Positions 1 through 10,113 of a stretch of DNA of 40,732 bases are shown piece by piece (within the stretch, counting starts at the first letter, position 1; each line of letters starts with the position of its first letter). The notes beneath the pieces were generated by a model. It did no database searches. It had not been told where the DNA came from and saw only the letters and a list, made by a program, of their open reading frames with translations. The DNA comes from an uncultured virus (IMG/VR IMGVR_UViG_3300021400_005597) (lineage: Duplodnaviria > Heunggongvirae > Uroviricota > Caudoviricetes): the IMG/VR virus record IMGVR_UViG_3300021400_005597; one strand, written 5' to 3'. The position numbers were made by a program, and so were the translations under genes.

Positions 1-3000
1 ACCAACCGATAAATGTATATCCGTCCTTTTCAGGAACTTTATCTACATCGCTCTGTGGTAATTCGTAATCTTGGTCAAATGTAACATTAAGTGGAATATT
101 AGGGGTATCTGCTTCGTTTGTGTTGTAGTAAACTACATAATCATTAGCAGTATATGTTGCCTTTGCATTTACATCCTGTGTATATTTCCAAAGGTTTCCA
201 CTTACATTATCACCATTTTCGTCAAAAATCTGACCTAAATTATCATCATACCAACCATTGAATGTATAACCACGATAAGGCTTAAGTGATGATTTATCTG
301 CATCTGATAAACCAAAGTTTTCATTGTAAGTCATATCTCTCTGGTCGGAAGCTACATCGTCTTCTTTATTGAAGTTGATGCTTAATGTGTAATGGTTAGG
401 TGTGTATCTTGGATAAACATTAGTGTTATATAACAAATTCCAAGCACCATCTACTAAAGTACCATCAGCGTTATATACCTTACCTACCCATTTATTCATT
501 ATTGTACCTCTAACTGGGTAACCATCTGGGTAACCATCAACATTATCTAAATAACCGATAATAGTTTGATTTGGCACTTGTGGATTGCCGTCATAAGGTG
601 GTAATACTTCATGTTCCGGTGGTGTAGCATCCATATCTGTCAATGTATCAATTACATTATTTTCATAGTTATGTCTTTGGTTATTCCAACCGTGTCCATA
701 GAAATCACACTTATTTACTCTGTATGTCTTACCATTTATGTACCAATTGCTGCCATAGTCATTAGGTCTTCCGTAAGGGAATGACAATACACCATAATAA
801 CCATCAAGCGTATAACCTTCATATTCTCTGATAGTACCTGGAAATGCATCGGTGCTGTCATAAAGTACATTTGTTTGCTGTGTTCTAATAAAGTCTTCGC
901 TTGTACTTGGGTTATTATTGCTATCCCAAGCAGTTGTTAATGACTCCATAGCTTCCGGATCAACTAAATCGCCATTAGCATCTTTCAACAAAATATGATC
1001 TGAATAATATAAATGATATGTTTTTGGCTCATAGACGGTTTTTATTGTTCTATCATTAGTCCACTTCCAAAGAGAAGTGTTACCATTTGCTTCAACTGTG
1101 CTATCATTTATGCGTGTATCATAATAATCATGTCCAGCAATTGAATGGTCAAAATATGGTCTTACTGCACTATTGCCGGTATCTTCCCAATCCCAACCGA
1201 TAAACTTATAGCCCGTTACAATTTCAGTTCCTAAAGGTTGGAAACCGCCACCTTCTACTGTACTACCTGTACCGGTTATATCCCAATAATACTGTTTTTC
1301 ATATGGTACTCTTTGGTAATGATCTGTAGAATAATCATTATACTGATACCACATAATTTCTACAGGACAGTCATAATATACTGTCTTTGAAGCCAACTGT
1401 GTATTTGCCTTATCAAGATAGTAATACAATGTATAAGCGTTAGGCACATATCTTGGATATACCGTTGTATCGGTTGCAAGTTTGAAAAGTCCTGTAATGT
1501 TATTACCTAAACCTTTTAACTTACTACTTCCATTATATGAGCCATCGGCATTAAAGATTTTAGTACCGCTACCCATATCGCCCATACGACCGTTTTCCCA
1601 AGCGTGTGTATTGCCGCTGCCTTGTGTTGTACTGTACCAACCTTCAAAAGTATAACCGTCATATACTTTTGCACTATTGCTTAATGATGTTACTGTATCA
1701 TAAGTTATTACATCTGTTTTAACATCAGGGTAATCTACACGAGTTCCAAACTTATTTGGAACAGTTACACCCATATCACCATCAAAAAGCTCATTTGTGT
1801 TATGTGTATCATATGTAATAGTGATATCTTTTGGAGCATATAAGCAATATAAATCAACTGCACCACTTGATGCAGGCAAGAATGAACCATCGCCACAATA
1901 TAAACCATTTGAATCATATACCTTTGGTGAAGATGTGGTTGTTCCTGCATAAATACCAAGTAAAGTATAGCCTTGATATTCAGGATACATATTCATTTTA
2001 CTGTTTGCTATATTTGTAATTTTAATACCACTTGCTGTATAAAATGGGCTCGTTGGTAAATTATTAGGGTATTCAGGTAATCTATAACCGTCAAAAAGTC
2101 TAAATGAATAACTGTTTTCAGAATATTTAGCGACCAAATTATATGTTGTGCCTGTTGGGTTACCTGTCCATAAATCTTTAACTTTTGTTTTTGAGCCATT
2201 ATAATACTGTGTAGTACCAATATAATAACCATTAAAACTATAACCTGTTTTTGTAGGAGCATTAGGAACTGAAATACTTGCTACTGATGTATATTTAGCT
2301 CCACTAATAAGTGTAGTGCCATTTTCTTGGTAAAAATTAACAGTATTATCAATTGTAATATTATTTGCAGTTAATGTCTGATTTGCCCATATAGCCGTAT
2401 ATGTTGTACCGCCAACTGTTCTAGTTGCCTTCGGTTTAACGGTTACGCTATAGTTACCAGATTTAGTACAAGATTGTGTCTTACCTGTACCAGCAGATGC
2501 AACACCGGATGGAACAGACCAAGATACAACATCGAAACTAAGTGTAGCACCACCAGCTGTAGCACCGCTTTTATTCTGAACAGTTAACTGTTTTGTCTGA
2601 TCATTATATACAAGCTCAATTGGATAGGAAATATTACCTGTAAAAATTTTTGAATCTGCTTCTGATGTCTTTGATGTTCTGCTTGGATTTGTAGATGCAC
2701 CTGATGTTGTGCAATTCCATTGTGTTGCTTTATCTTCCCAAGCTTCGCCAGTATTATATAAAAGTGGTTTATTATAGAAATAATTACCATTTCCACCATT
2801 AAGATGAATTCCTTTTACATTAGCTGCCTGAGCATCAGTCATTTTATAACAAATAACATTTAAACCATTAATTGTTTTGGTTTTTGTAGTATAAGATGAC
2901 AAATTATGGCCATTGGACGCAGCATCTCCATTACAACAACAACCAAAAGTTACTATTTCTGGGTAATGTACATTCATTCCGTTATCATAATATGCTTTAG

Positions 3001-3634
3001 AATGACTGTTGTCTTGTGGATATCTTACCCAATCTCTTGTTTGTAAATCATACCAAAAAAGAGGTTCTGAATCAGATTGAGTATCGCTGTTTATATAAGT
3101 TGCCGTATGTACTATTCCACCGCCGGAAGGCCATTCGTCTACCCAGCAATTACCATCGCCATGTAACTGCCAAACATATTCAACCTTACAACCTTTAATA
3201 GTTGATCCGCAATAAGGGCAATTTCCACCATCTGGCATATAACGCCAACCCCAATGTGTTGGTGGATTTAAATGCCAAACATAACCATCATGTGTGGAAT
3301 GATTTTGCATTTGAGCTTCTACATTATAAGTTCCATCAACTTTATCAATACCACCATATGAAGCATTTGCATCTGCAAATTGGTACATTTGGCAATCTGG
3401 ACGATAATATGTAACAAAAGCATATTTTGCTGTCCAATAATGGCCACTTGCTTTGACATATTGTGATGTATTTACAGACTGTGTTAAAGAAAGCGTTTTG
3501 GTATCTTTAACAGTTGTAGCGGCATTTACATTGATTGGCGGTAATAATGAAATATAACTACTCATTATCAAACCAATAATCAAAACTGCTGCAATTTTTT
3601 TGAAAGATTGGCTTTTTTTAATAATGTGTTTCAT
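1..3634 (-). CDS. Giant secreted surface protein, Cys-rich N-terminal tip plus Listeria-Bacteroides (InlB B/Flg_new) repeats; >1211 aa, runs off the left edge
   Basis: Not in the ORF track because there is no stop in the window. ATG at 3634 overlaps the upstream TGA (ATGA). Translates MKHIIKKSQSFKKIAAVLIIGLIMSSYISLLPPINVNAA (signal peptide). Same frame spot-checked at ~2940 (FGCCCNG), ~2250 (PTKTGYSFNGYY), ~1970 (EYQGYTLLGIY) and 2-40 (VPEKDGYTFIGW). Confidence 0.9.
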   Translation of the reverse strand, partial: MKHIIKKSQSFKKIAAVLIIGLIMSSYISLLPPINVNAATTVKDTKTLSLTQSVNTSQYVKASGHYWTAKYAFVTYYRPDCQMYQFADANASYGGIDKVDGTYNVEAQMQNHSTHDGYVWHLNPPTHWGWRYMPDGGNCPYCGSTIKGCKVEYVWQLHGDGNCWVDEWPSGGGIVHTATYINSDTQSDSEPLFWYDLQTRDWVRYPQDNSHSKAYYDNGMNVHYPEIVTFGCCCNGDAASNGHNLSSYTTKTKTINGLNVICYKMTDAQAANVKGIHLNGGNGNYFYNKPLLYNTGEAWEDKATQWNCTTSGASTNPSRTSKTSEADSKIFTGNISYPIELVYNDQTKQLTVQNKSGATAGGATLSFDVVSWSVPSGVASAGTGKTQSCTKSGNYSVTVKPKATRTVGGTTYTAIWANQTLTANNITIDNTVNFYQENGTTLISGAKYTSVASISVPNAPTKTGYSFNGYYIGTTQYYNGSKTKVKDLWTGNPTGTTYNLVAKYSENSYSFRLFDGYRLPEYPNNLPTSPFYTASGIKITNIANSKMNMYPEYQGYTLLGIYAGTTTSSPKVYDSNGLYCGDGSFLPASSGAVDLYCLYAPKDITITYDTHNTNELFDGDMGVTVPNKFGTRVDYPDVKTDVITYDTVTSLSNSAKVYDGYTFEGWYSTTQGSGNTHAWENGRMGDMGSGTKIFNADGSYNGSSKLKGLGNNITGLFKLATDTTVYPRYVPNAYTLYYYLDKANTQLASKTVYYDCPVEIMWYQYNDYSTDHYQRVPYEKQYYWDITGTGSTVEGGGFQPLGTEIVTGYKFIGWDWEDTGNSAVRPYFDHSIAGHDYYDTRINDSTVEANGNTSLWKWTNDRTIKTVYEPKTYHLYYSDHILLKDANGDLVDPEAMESLTTAWDSNNNPSTSEDFIRTQQTNVLYDSTDAFPGTIREYEGYTLDGYYGVLSFPYGRPNDYGSNWYINGKTYRVNKCDFYGHGWNNQRHNYENNVIDTLTDMDATPPEHEVLPPYDGNPQVPNQTIIGYLDNVDGYPDGYPVRGTIMNKWVGKVYNADGTLVDGAWNLLYNTNVYPRYTPNHYTLSINFNKEDDVASDQRDMTYNENFGLSDADKSSLKPYRGYTFNGWYDDNLGQIFDENGDNVSGNLWKYTQDVNAKATYTANDYVVYYNTNEADTPNIPLNVTFDQDYELPQSDVDKVPEKDGYTFIGW

Positions 3635-4473
3635 TCTTCTTCCCTCTTATCTTCGTTTACATTGGCATTTTCTATCGTTACAGCATTAGTTGTATTTTCG
3701 TTTATTTGTTCTGTTACTATATTTTTTGTTCCATCAAATTTTTCATATTCTTCTTTAGTAACAATAACTGTATAATCATCAATTTTATAATTATCAATTT
3801 GAGTTTGAATCTCAGCTAGTTCTTGTTTCTTTGCTTGAATAAATTGATGTAATTCTGCAGCTCTCATTATTTCTTTTCGTATTTCTTCGTCATTTATTTC
3901 TTCTTCTGAATACGGATAATATAACTCATAGATATGATTTAATTCTGGTTTTGCTATTTCGATTTCATCATATATTTCATTGTATTTATTTAATAAATCA
4001 TCATAATCTGTAGTAACAATAGTATATGTAACAGTTGTGCTGTCAGTATCTTCGATTACGGTGCCTTCTATTGCTGTATCTTCTTTGTCTGATACAACAT
4101 CTATTGGTTCTTTGGTTTCTTCTGGCACTTCTTTTTCTTCTAAAATCTCGGTGTTTGTTGCATCTTCGGTTATTGTTATATCTTCAACTGTTTCTTCAGA
4201 AGTAGTAATTTCTTCTGTAATTTCCGGTAATTCAGGAATTTCTGATGTTTCAAAATCTTCAGTATTTGATATCTCAATTTGTGCTGAGGTATCTTTTTCA
4301 ATTACTGATTCTTCATTTTCAGAAGGTGTTTCTTCTGAAAATTCTGTAATTACAGTAGGCTCTTCTGTTTCAAATTCTTCTGCATTTGTAATAACTCCGC
4401 CAAAAATTGCTGGTCCAAGGAGCATATAAGCAGATGTAATAAGTGCGATTTGTTTTTTAAAAGTTTTTTTCAT
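3631..4473 (-). CDS. Secreted, highly acidic (E/T-rich) protein with coiled-coil region
   Basis: Signal peptide MKKTFKKQIALITSAYMLLGPAIFGGVITNA; GGAGG SD; translationally coupled to the giant repeat protein. Confidence 0.8.
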   Translation of the reverse strand: MKKTFKKQIALITSAYMLLGPAIFGGVITNAEEFETEEPTVITEFSEETPSENEESVIEKDTSAQIEISNTEDFETSEIPELPEITEEITTSEETVEDITITEDATNTEILEEKEVPEETKEPIDVVSDKEDTAIEGTVIEDTDSTTVTYTIVTTDYDDLLNKYNEIYDEIEIAKPELNHIYELYYPYSEEEINDEEIRKEIMRAAELHQFIQAKKQELAEIQTQIDNYKIDDYTVIVTKEEYEKFDGTKNIVTEQINENTTNAVTIENANVNEDKREEE

Positions 4474-4535
4474 AGATTTTTCCTCCGCTAAACTTTAACT
4501 ACTGTATATATGTAAAAAATAATTATTTATTTTTA

Positions 4536-5198
4536 TTATGGATATTGTCTTGTAGAGAATATTTCCTGAGCGAGTTCTAACGACTCTTCTTCAGAATACC
4601 CATAAGTTGCTATAGATGTGTAATATGTCTCTCCATCTATCTCTTTAAAGAAAATGTACCAATAGTGGTCAAAGTGATCACTTGGGCAAATTGTAAGGGT
4701 ATATTCGCCTTTTTCATCTTCTTCTGCGAACTTTACTACTGTATATTCCTTTGAAATGGTCTCAAAACTGCCATTTGCAATGGTAACAGCAGAATCATCG
4801 GTTTTATCTATTTCAACAGATACCATTTGTTCTTTTTGTTTACCATCATAGTTTTTAGTGCCTGTAATAGCATAAAACACATTGCCTGTACGGTAGATAT
4901 CATCGTAGTTAAACTCAATTTCGCCTACTGTTGGGGAATATATCTTTGTGGTGCTATCATTTGATAAGATAACTGTTCCGGCTGCATAGGCTGATGCGTC
5001 TAAGGAATATACATCAGCTTCTTCTGTCATGACTGTATATTCAGCATTTTCAGCGACATATTCTCTTAAAGATACCGCAACTGATGATAAACCAAGGTTT
5101 TCAAAGCCCTGAGCTATATTGTTTGCAGTTTCTGTTGAGATTGTGCAGCCTGATAATAAAAAGCAAAGTGGTAAAGTACATAGTAATAATTTCTTCAT
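4536..5198 (-). CDS. Lipoprotein of unknown function
   Basis: MKK, hydrophobic stretch and lipobox LSGC; AGGAGG upstream. Confidence 0.8.
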   Translation of the reverse strand: MKKLLLCTLPLCFLLSGCTISTETANNIAQGFENLGLSSVAVSLREYVAENAEYTVMTEEADVYSLDASAYAAGTVILSNDSTTKIYSPTVGEIEFNYDDIYRTGNVFYAITGTKNYDGKQKEQMVSVEIDKTDDSAVTIANGSFETISKEYTVVKFAEEDEKGEYTLTICPSDHFDHYWYIFFKEIDGETYYTSIATYGYSEEESLELAQEIFSTRQYP

Positions 5199-5284
5199 TA
5201 TGGGGGTAATCCTCCTTATTTTTATATGTATATGTAAAAAATCTAGTAATATATGTAAAAAATAAAAAGAATTTTGAGCATAGA

Positions 5285-5311
5285 AAAAGCACCTGCTTCT
5301 GCAAGTGCTTT
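5285..5311 (-). terminator. Intrinsic terminator
   Basis: AAAGCAC...GTGCTTT stem followed by T-run on minus. Confidence 0.6.
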
Positions 5312-5332
5312 ACAAAGAAAATGCTATTTTAT

Positions 5333-6451
5333 TTATAAATTATTAAGGTATTCTTCCCAATCAGATTCATCCCATTCTTCCATGTTCCATTCTTGTATTT
5401 CACCACGAGCTTTCTTAATGGCTAAATCAACATTGACCATTTTTTCGTGTAAAATTGACTTAAAAATGCCATAATCAAACTCTGTAATAGGGCCTAAATC
5501 TATCCAATGGGCAAATGGTTGAAGATTATTTAGAGCATCTACTCTGCCTTTAGCAGAAATAATACCAAAATCCCAACCTGTATTATAATAACGCTCATAT
5601 TCAGTAGGTTTATTTGCCGGTTCAAAATCAAAATAATCAAAGGTGATATGCCTGATATTATTATTATTCTTAATAAAATAATTTATCGCTTCCTGATTAT
5701 TTTTGGTTTTCTCAGTATTTCTGAATTTATTATCATCTAAAACAATATCTGTGTACTTTTCAACATTGAAATAGTCTAAATGTACATTAAAATCGGTAAT
5801 GCCATGATTTTTAAGTGCTTGTTTTTCTGCCCAGAGAGCTTCAATAGCTTCTTTTTTGGCATATTCGTTCATTGAATTTAAGATTGCGTTCTGGTCATAT
5901 TTGCCTTCATTAATTCTTGATGCAATTATATTTAGTCTTGGATCTTTATAATAATAATAGCGTTCCTTCGAAGAGTTTCCACTTTCATTGGTAGGAAAAC
6001 GATGGGTAAATTGACCGGTATTATATTGATAAGTATAAAGTAATGACTCAGGGAACGGCTGTTTATACTTATCTGTTAATTCATCACTTATGGTAATATA
6101 ACAAATATCTGTTACATTTTGATAATGTTCCATAAAATTAATAGCATCTACAGGGCTTACCTCTGCAAAATAGTTTTTATCAGGTTCTAAATCTGTCTTT
6201 TTGAAACCATAATATACAAACTGTTTCTTTGTAGAGCCAAAGAAAGCCTTGTAAATAAAATATTCATCATTATCAAGGTTTTTATTGAATTTATCTGCTG
6301 TTATATAATTATGATTGATTTTGGCATATAAATCATCGGATATAGTGTCAGTTGTATCAATTTGTAATGGAATTGCATCATAATCTTGCTGTAAAACGGT
6401 TGTAATAGATGTTTTACCGCTATATTTAGCACCGTCAACTAAGAATAACAT
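5333..6451 (-). CDS. Divergent guanylate-kinase-like P-loop protein with long unknown C-terminal extension
   Basis: N-terminal GAKYSGKT Walker A; HNYIT..F, YFIY and YYG segments match the Gmk NMP-binding layout; the TTR motif is degenerate (DTTDT). Confidence 0.55.
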   Translation of the reverse strand: MLFLVDGAKYSGKTSITTVLQQDYDAIPLQIDTTDTISDDLYAKINHNYITADKFNKNLDNDEYFIYKAFFGSTKKQFVYYGFKKTDLEPDKNYFAEVSPVDAINFMEHYQNVTDICYITISDELTDKYKQPFPESLLYTYQYNTGQFTHRFPTNESGNSSKERYYYYKDPRLNIIASRINEGKYDQNAILNSMNEYAKKEAIEALWAEKQALKNHGITDFNVHLDYFNVEKYTDIVLDDNKFRNTEKTKNNQEAINYFIKNNNNIRHITFDYFDFEPANKPTEYERYYNTGWDFGIISAKGRVDALNNLQPFAHWIDLGPITEFDYGIFKSILHEKMVNVDLAIKKARGEIQEWNMEEWDESDWEEYLNNL

Positions 6452-6545
6452 TTATTTTTTTCCTTTTTATTTTGTAATAATAGTCTTTAAAACTTATTAT
6501 ATAACACTACTTTATATATATGTATATTTTTTACAAAAAAATATA

Positions 6546-6580
6546 AAAAACACTCAAATCTTATAAGAAATGAGTGTTTT
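6546..6580 (-). terminator. Intrinsic terminator
   Basis: AAAACACTCA...TGAGTGTTTT inverted repeat. Confidence 0.7.
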
Positions 6581-6601
6581 GATAATATTTTATGATTATA
6601 A

Positions 6602-7216
6602 TTACTCTATTTCTGGTTCTTCTGTTTCTATTGGTATTTTCTTTTCAGCAAGTAAAACCTGGTAAACATCATATACATCTTCGAAATTTGATACCAAATC
6701 TTGTAATGTGCTCGTATTTTGCAAAGATGCTACACATGTTGCTTTGACATTGTCTTTTGAAAACTTAATATTATCGTCTTTAAGCCGTCTGTTCCATTCA
6801 GTCTTATCAAATGAACCTCTCTCGGTTGCACGGGCTGTTCTGATTGAATCCGGAACATCTACATAGCAAGGAAAACAGTTCTCTTTGCCATAATAGTCGA
6901 TAAATGATTTAGCACCATCAAGGTCTAAGATAACCACATAGTTTTTTTTGGTATCTAAATCCATTTTCGGCATTCCATAATACCAGGTATCCTTTTCTCC
7001 ATTTACCAAGGTATCGTATTTTCGGTATTCAAGAAAATCGTTCAGATGCGACTTAAAATAATTTTTAGATACGAAATTGTACTCTCTACCGTTTTGTTCA
7101 CCATCTCGCATTGGTCTTGATGTGGTTGAAATTAAGGGCGTAAAACCCTTTTTAATGAGTTCTCCTTGTAGTGTGTCTTTACCACAGGCAGATTTGCCGC
7201 AAAGTATTGTAATCAT
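6602..7216 (-). CDS. gmk: Guanylate kinase-like protein
   Basis: GKSACGKD P-loop, TTSRPMRDGEQNGREYNFVS, WYYG, LDLDG, RATERG. Confidence 0.85.
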   Translation of the reverse strand: MITILCGKSACGKDTLQGELIKKGFTPLISTTSRPMRDGEQNGREYNFVSKNYFKSHLNDFLEYRKYDTLVNGEKDTWYYGMPKMDLDTKKNYVVILDLDGAKSFIDYYGKENCFPCYVDVPDSIRTARATERGSFDKTEWNRRLKDDNIKFSKDNVKATCVASLQNTSTLQDLVSNFEDVYDVYQVLLAEKKIPIETEEPEIE

Positions 7217-7230
7217 TATATTTATCCTTT

Positions 7231-8094
7231 CTAACCTAATTCTTCATTTTCTGCTTCGATATTCTTATTATAAAGAGCATCAAAATGCTCATATAACATT
7301 TTGCCAGCTTCTGCATCCATCAGAGCAACACTTTCAAAATCTATATCAAAACAGTCTTTATTTTCGATTAAATTATCAATTATTTCTTTAATAGTCGGGT
7401 TTTTCTCACTTAAAGGCTCTGGTAATAGAAGTACCCCGGCAAAAGTCTGCTCTGTTTCAGTTAATAAATCGCAATATAGGCTATCTACACAGCCATTACT
7501 CATTTTTGCAACAAAAGTTTGGTCTTCATTTGTGAAATATAAAGATGATGTACAGTAATTTTCAGAGTAATCATTCCATTTCATCTCGTAAAGATTGGGC
7601 GGGTTTAATTTGGCATATTCTTCAAATTTTAACTCGATACCCTCATATTTTGCGATATTTGAAAGTTCTTCAGTAATAAGCTGTCTTTCCTGTTCATTTA
7701 ACGACATAGTAATCTCATTAAGAACCTTTTTACCCTCTTCTAAAGTAATAGGGCGTTCCTTGTTTTCAAACTCTTCCATATATTTGTCAGGATAATTTGC
7801 TGCAAGAAATGTGAAAATTACATCTCTTTCAAGGTCCGGAGTCTTAACTGTATTCATATACTTATCATTTAAGAAAATATCAATGCCATATTCGCCGGTT
7901 GTTAGTTCGTTATCTACATACATTATTTCATCTGTTAAGCCACGCCAATGGTCAAATCTTGAAATAAGGTCTTTTTTATCTTCTTTTGATAAGTTGTCGT
8001 TGTTAAGCACGGTAAATACTTCATTGTTATCATACATTTTCACAAAATCTTCATGTGATATAGGAAATGTGTACTTATTAAGAATATTGTCCAT
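7231..8094 (-). CDS. Hypothetical acidic protein
   Basis: Long ORF, AAGGAG SD, operon context. Confidence 0.75.
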   Translation of the reverse strand: MDNILNKYTFPISHEDFVKMYDNNEVFTVLNNDNLSKEDKKDLISRFDHWRGLTDEIMYVDNELTTGEYGIDIFLNDKYMNTVKTPDLERDVIFTFLAANYPDKYMEEFENKERPITLEEGKKVLNEITMSLNEQERQLITEELSNIAKYEGIELKFEEYAKLNPPNLYEMKWNDYSENYCTSSLYFTNEDQTFVAKMSNGCVDSLYCDLLTETEQTFAGVLLLPEPLSEKNPTIKEIIDNLIENKDCFDIDFESVALMDAEAGKMLYEHFDALYNKNIEAENEELG

Positions 8095-8104
8095 AGTTAT
8101 CTCC

Positions 8105-8683
8105 TTAATCTAAATCATAATCATTATCTTCCAAATATTCGTCCAAACCTTCTACTGAAATACCCTTATGACAAAAGCCATATTCATCTGAAACCCAGTC
8201 AGCAAGATAGTCAAGTAGTTCATCTTCTGTTTCACATTTATTTGCATAATGGTTAATTACATCAGATGGAATAGCGATTTCATCAGAAAGATCAAATAAA
8301 TCATTTACATTTATACGGTTATGGCGTATTTCATCTTCGATATAATCTATTTTTTCATCAATTTGCATTGTTTCATACTCATATGGTGAAATAGATAAAT
8401 GGCTTTTAGCCTGATTACTTAATCCATCTGCAATCAGGTTTTCGATATCTTCTTTTGTGATATCCCATTCAACTGTTGCCATGACGAATTCTTTATTAGC
8501 ATCCACTACTGCCTTACAGAAATCTTCAAGGCTGTAGTAATAAGTTCCTGCACTCCACATACGGCCAATTCTCTGTGTCGGATCAAAGCCACTTGCTAAA
8601 ATAAACTCGAAACGACCGCCTTTTTCAATCAAAACTGCATTCCTGCCATCTTTTAATTTTCCTAAATCTGCTTTAAATTCCAT
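8105..8683 (-). CDS. Hypothetical protein
   Basis: SD, operon context; contains phage/plasmid-type 'DWVSDEYGFCHKG' segment. Confidence 0.75.
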   Translation of the reverse strand: MEFKADLGKLKDGRNAVLIEKGGRFEFILASGFDPTQRIGRMWSAGTYYYSLEDFCKAVVDANKEFVMATVEWDITKEDIENLIADGLSNQAKSHLSISPYEYETMQIDEKIDYIEDEIRHNRINVNDLFDLSDEIAIPSDVINHYANKCETEDELLDYLADWVSDEYGFCHKGISVEGLDEYLEDNDYDLD

Positions 8684-8694
8684 TATTATTCTCC

Positions 8695-9159
8695 TTAATA
8701 ATCTAAATCCATATCTTCTCTATCTTGCATTGTGCCAAGGGTAGGCAGATATTTAGCAATTAAATTATCAATATTATCCCAATAAGATAACTCACAATCA
8801 CCTTCAGCTTCATAAGCATGATGCCAAGCAATTTCTTCAGCCTGCTTATCTGATAAAGGAATGTTAGTTTCTGCTGCTCTTGCAATGACATCTTCTTTTG
8901 TATAGTTCCAAAGAACCTCACGATAAATCTGTTCTTTTAACTTATCAGGTAAAAAAGGGATAGGAATATTGACTTTATAATCAGTAGCAAAGACTTCAAA
9001 AAAGCGTTTCCCGGTAAATTCATCATAAGTTCCGTCCTTTTGCTTGATACCAAAAGTCTTAAAGTCGTCTGTAGTAATATTTACTCTTTCACCTTGCCTA
9101 TAAGATGTTTTGAAAGAGGTTGTATTAGCAATAACTGTTCCTGTAAATTCAAATTTCAT
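8695..9159 (-). CDS. Hypothetical protein
   Basis: SD, operon context. Confidence 0.75.
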   Translation of the reverse strand: MKFEFTGTVIANTTSFKTSYRQGERVNITTDDFKTFGIKQKDGTYDEFTGKRFFEVFATDYKVNIPIPFLPDKLKEQIYREVLWNYTKEDVIARAAETNIPLSDKQAEEIAWHHAYEAEGDCELSYWDNIDNLIAKYLPTLGTMQDREDMDLDY

Positions 9160-9161
9160 TG

Positions 9162-9458
9162 TTAATCTCCTATTTCCATATCATTATCTTTTGATTTTAT
9201 ATATTCACTAACTGTGCTTTCGATTATGGATACAAGTGCTGTATAATAATTAGAATTAACATACTCATTAATATACTTTTCTGCAGCATCTTCGCACATT
9301 ATTGTAAGCATCTGGTCATCATCTTTATGTTCGTTAATAAAATTTCGGGTTTCTTCATTAAAAATGGCATTGTTGTTTACCATATCATATATATCTAATA
9401 AAATATGATACTTAAAAAATGATACTAATTTATTGTCTGTTGATCGTATTTTTGACAT
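9162..9458 (-). CDS. Hypothetical protein
   Basis: AAGGAG SD, operon context. Confidence 0.7.
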   Translation of the reverse strand: MSKIRSTDNKLVSFFKYHILLDIYDMVNNNAIFNEETRNFINEHKDDDQMLTIMCEDAAEKYINEYVNSNYYTALVSIIESTVSEYIKSKDNDMEIGD

Positions 9459-9469
9459 ATTTTTTCTCC

Positions 9470-10102
9470 TTATTCTAAACTCTCATCGATATTTTCAAGA
9501 TAATCGAGCAAACTATCATCAAAGGTTTCATCATATAAATCTCTTATTTGTTCCTGTGATAAATACTCGATATCGCTATCGTATTTCTCAATATATCTGC
9601 CCCAGCCCTGATACGGATCACTTTTAGATGGATTACATTTTTCATATACAGCGTTAGGGTTATGGGTTATTTTGATAGGAAATTTAAGTCTTGCATTTTG
9701 TTCATTACCGCAAGCAATATCTATCCCTATTTCACGAAGCCAGGTAGAAGAATATTTGGCATTCATCTCATTAGTGGATAAAATCTTAAAATCATTTAAT
9801 CTTTGGCATTTACGCTCATATTCTTTTAAGGCATATTCGAAATATTTATTATCTTCTTTAGTATTGCCCCATTCTATTCTTCGTGGCTTTCTGATATTAT
9901 CTTGTGTGATATAATCTTTATTCCAAGATGCGACAAGATCATAAATATCATATTCACCGAATCTGCCATATCCGTCATAGCACTCTTCTTTAATATTCCG
10001 GCCACCAAATTCCTTGGGAACAAGTACATAAACATCTTGGTAAACATTGTCGATAACTGCTCTTTTTTCGTTGCAGCAATCAAGCCAGCTAAATTGTCCC
10101 AT
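9470..10102 (-). CDS. Hypothetical protein (MGQFSW...YDGYGRF...DPYQGW)
   Basis: SD; conserved-looking motifs typical of phage/plasmid hypotheticals. Confidence 0.75.
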   Translation of the reverse strand: MGQFSWLDCCNEKRAVIDNVYQDVYVLVPKEFGGRNIKEECYDGYGRFGEYDIYDLVASWNKDYITQDNIRKPRRIEWGNTKEDNKYFEYALKEYERKCQRLNDFKILSTNEMNAKYSSTWLREIGIDIACGNEQNARLKFPIKITHNPNAVYEKCNPSKSDPYQGWGRYIEKYDSDIEYLSQEQIRDLYDETFDDSLLDYLENIDESLE

Positions 10103-10113
10103 TTTATTTCTCC

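Noticed and set aside
1765..3414. Short track ORFs on both strands
   Set aside because: Off-frame or antisense shadows of the giant ORF <1..3634.
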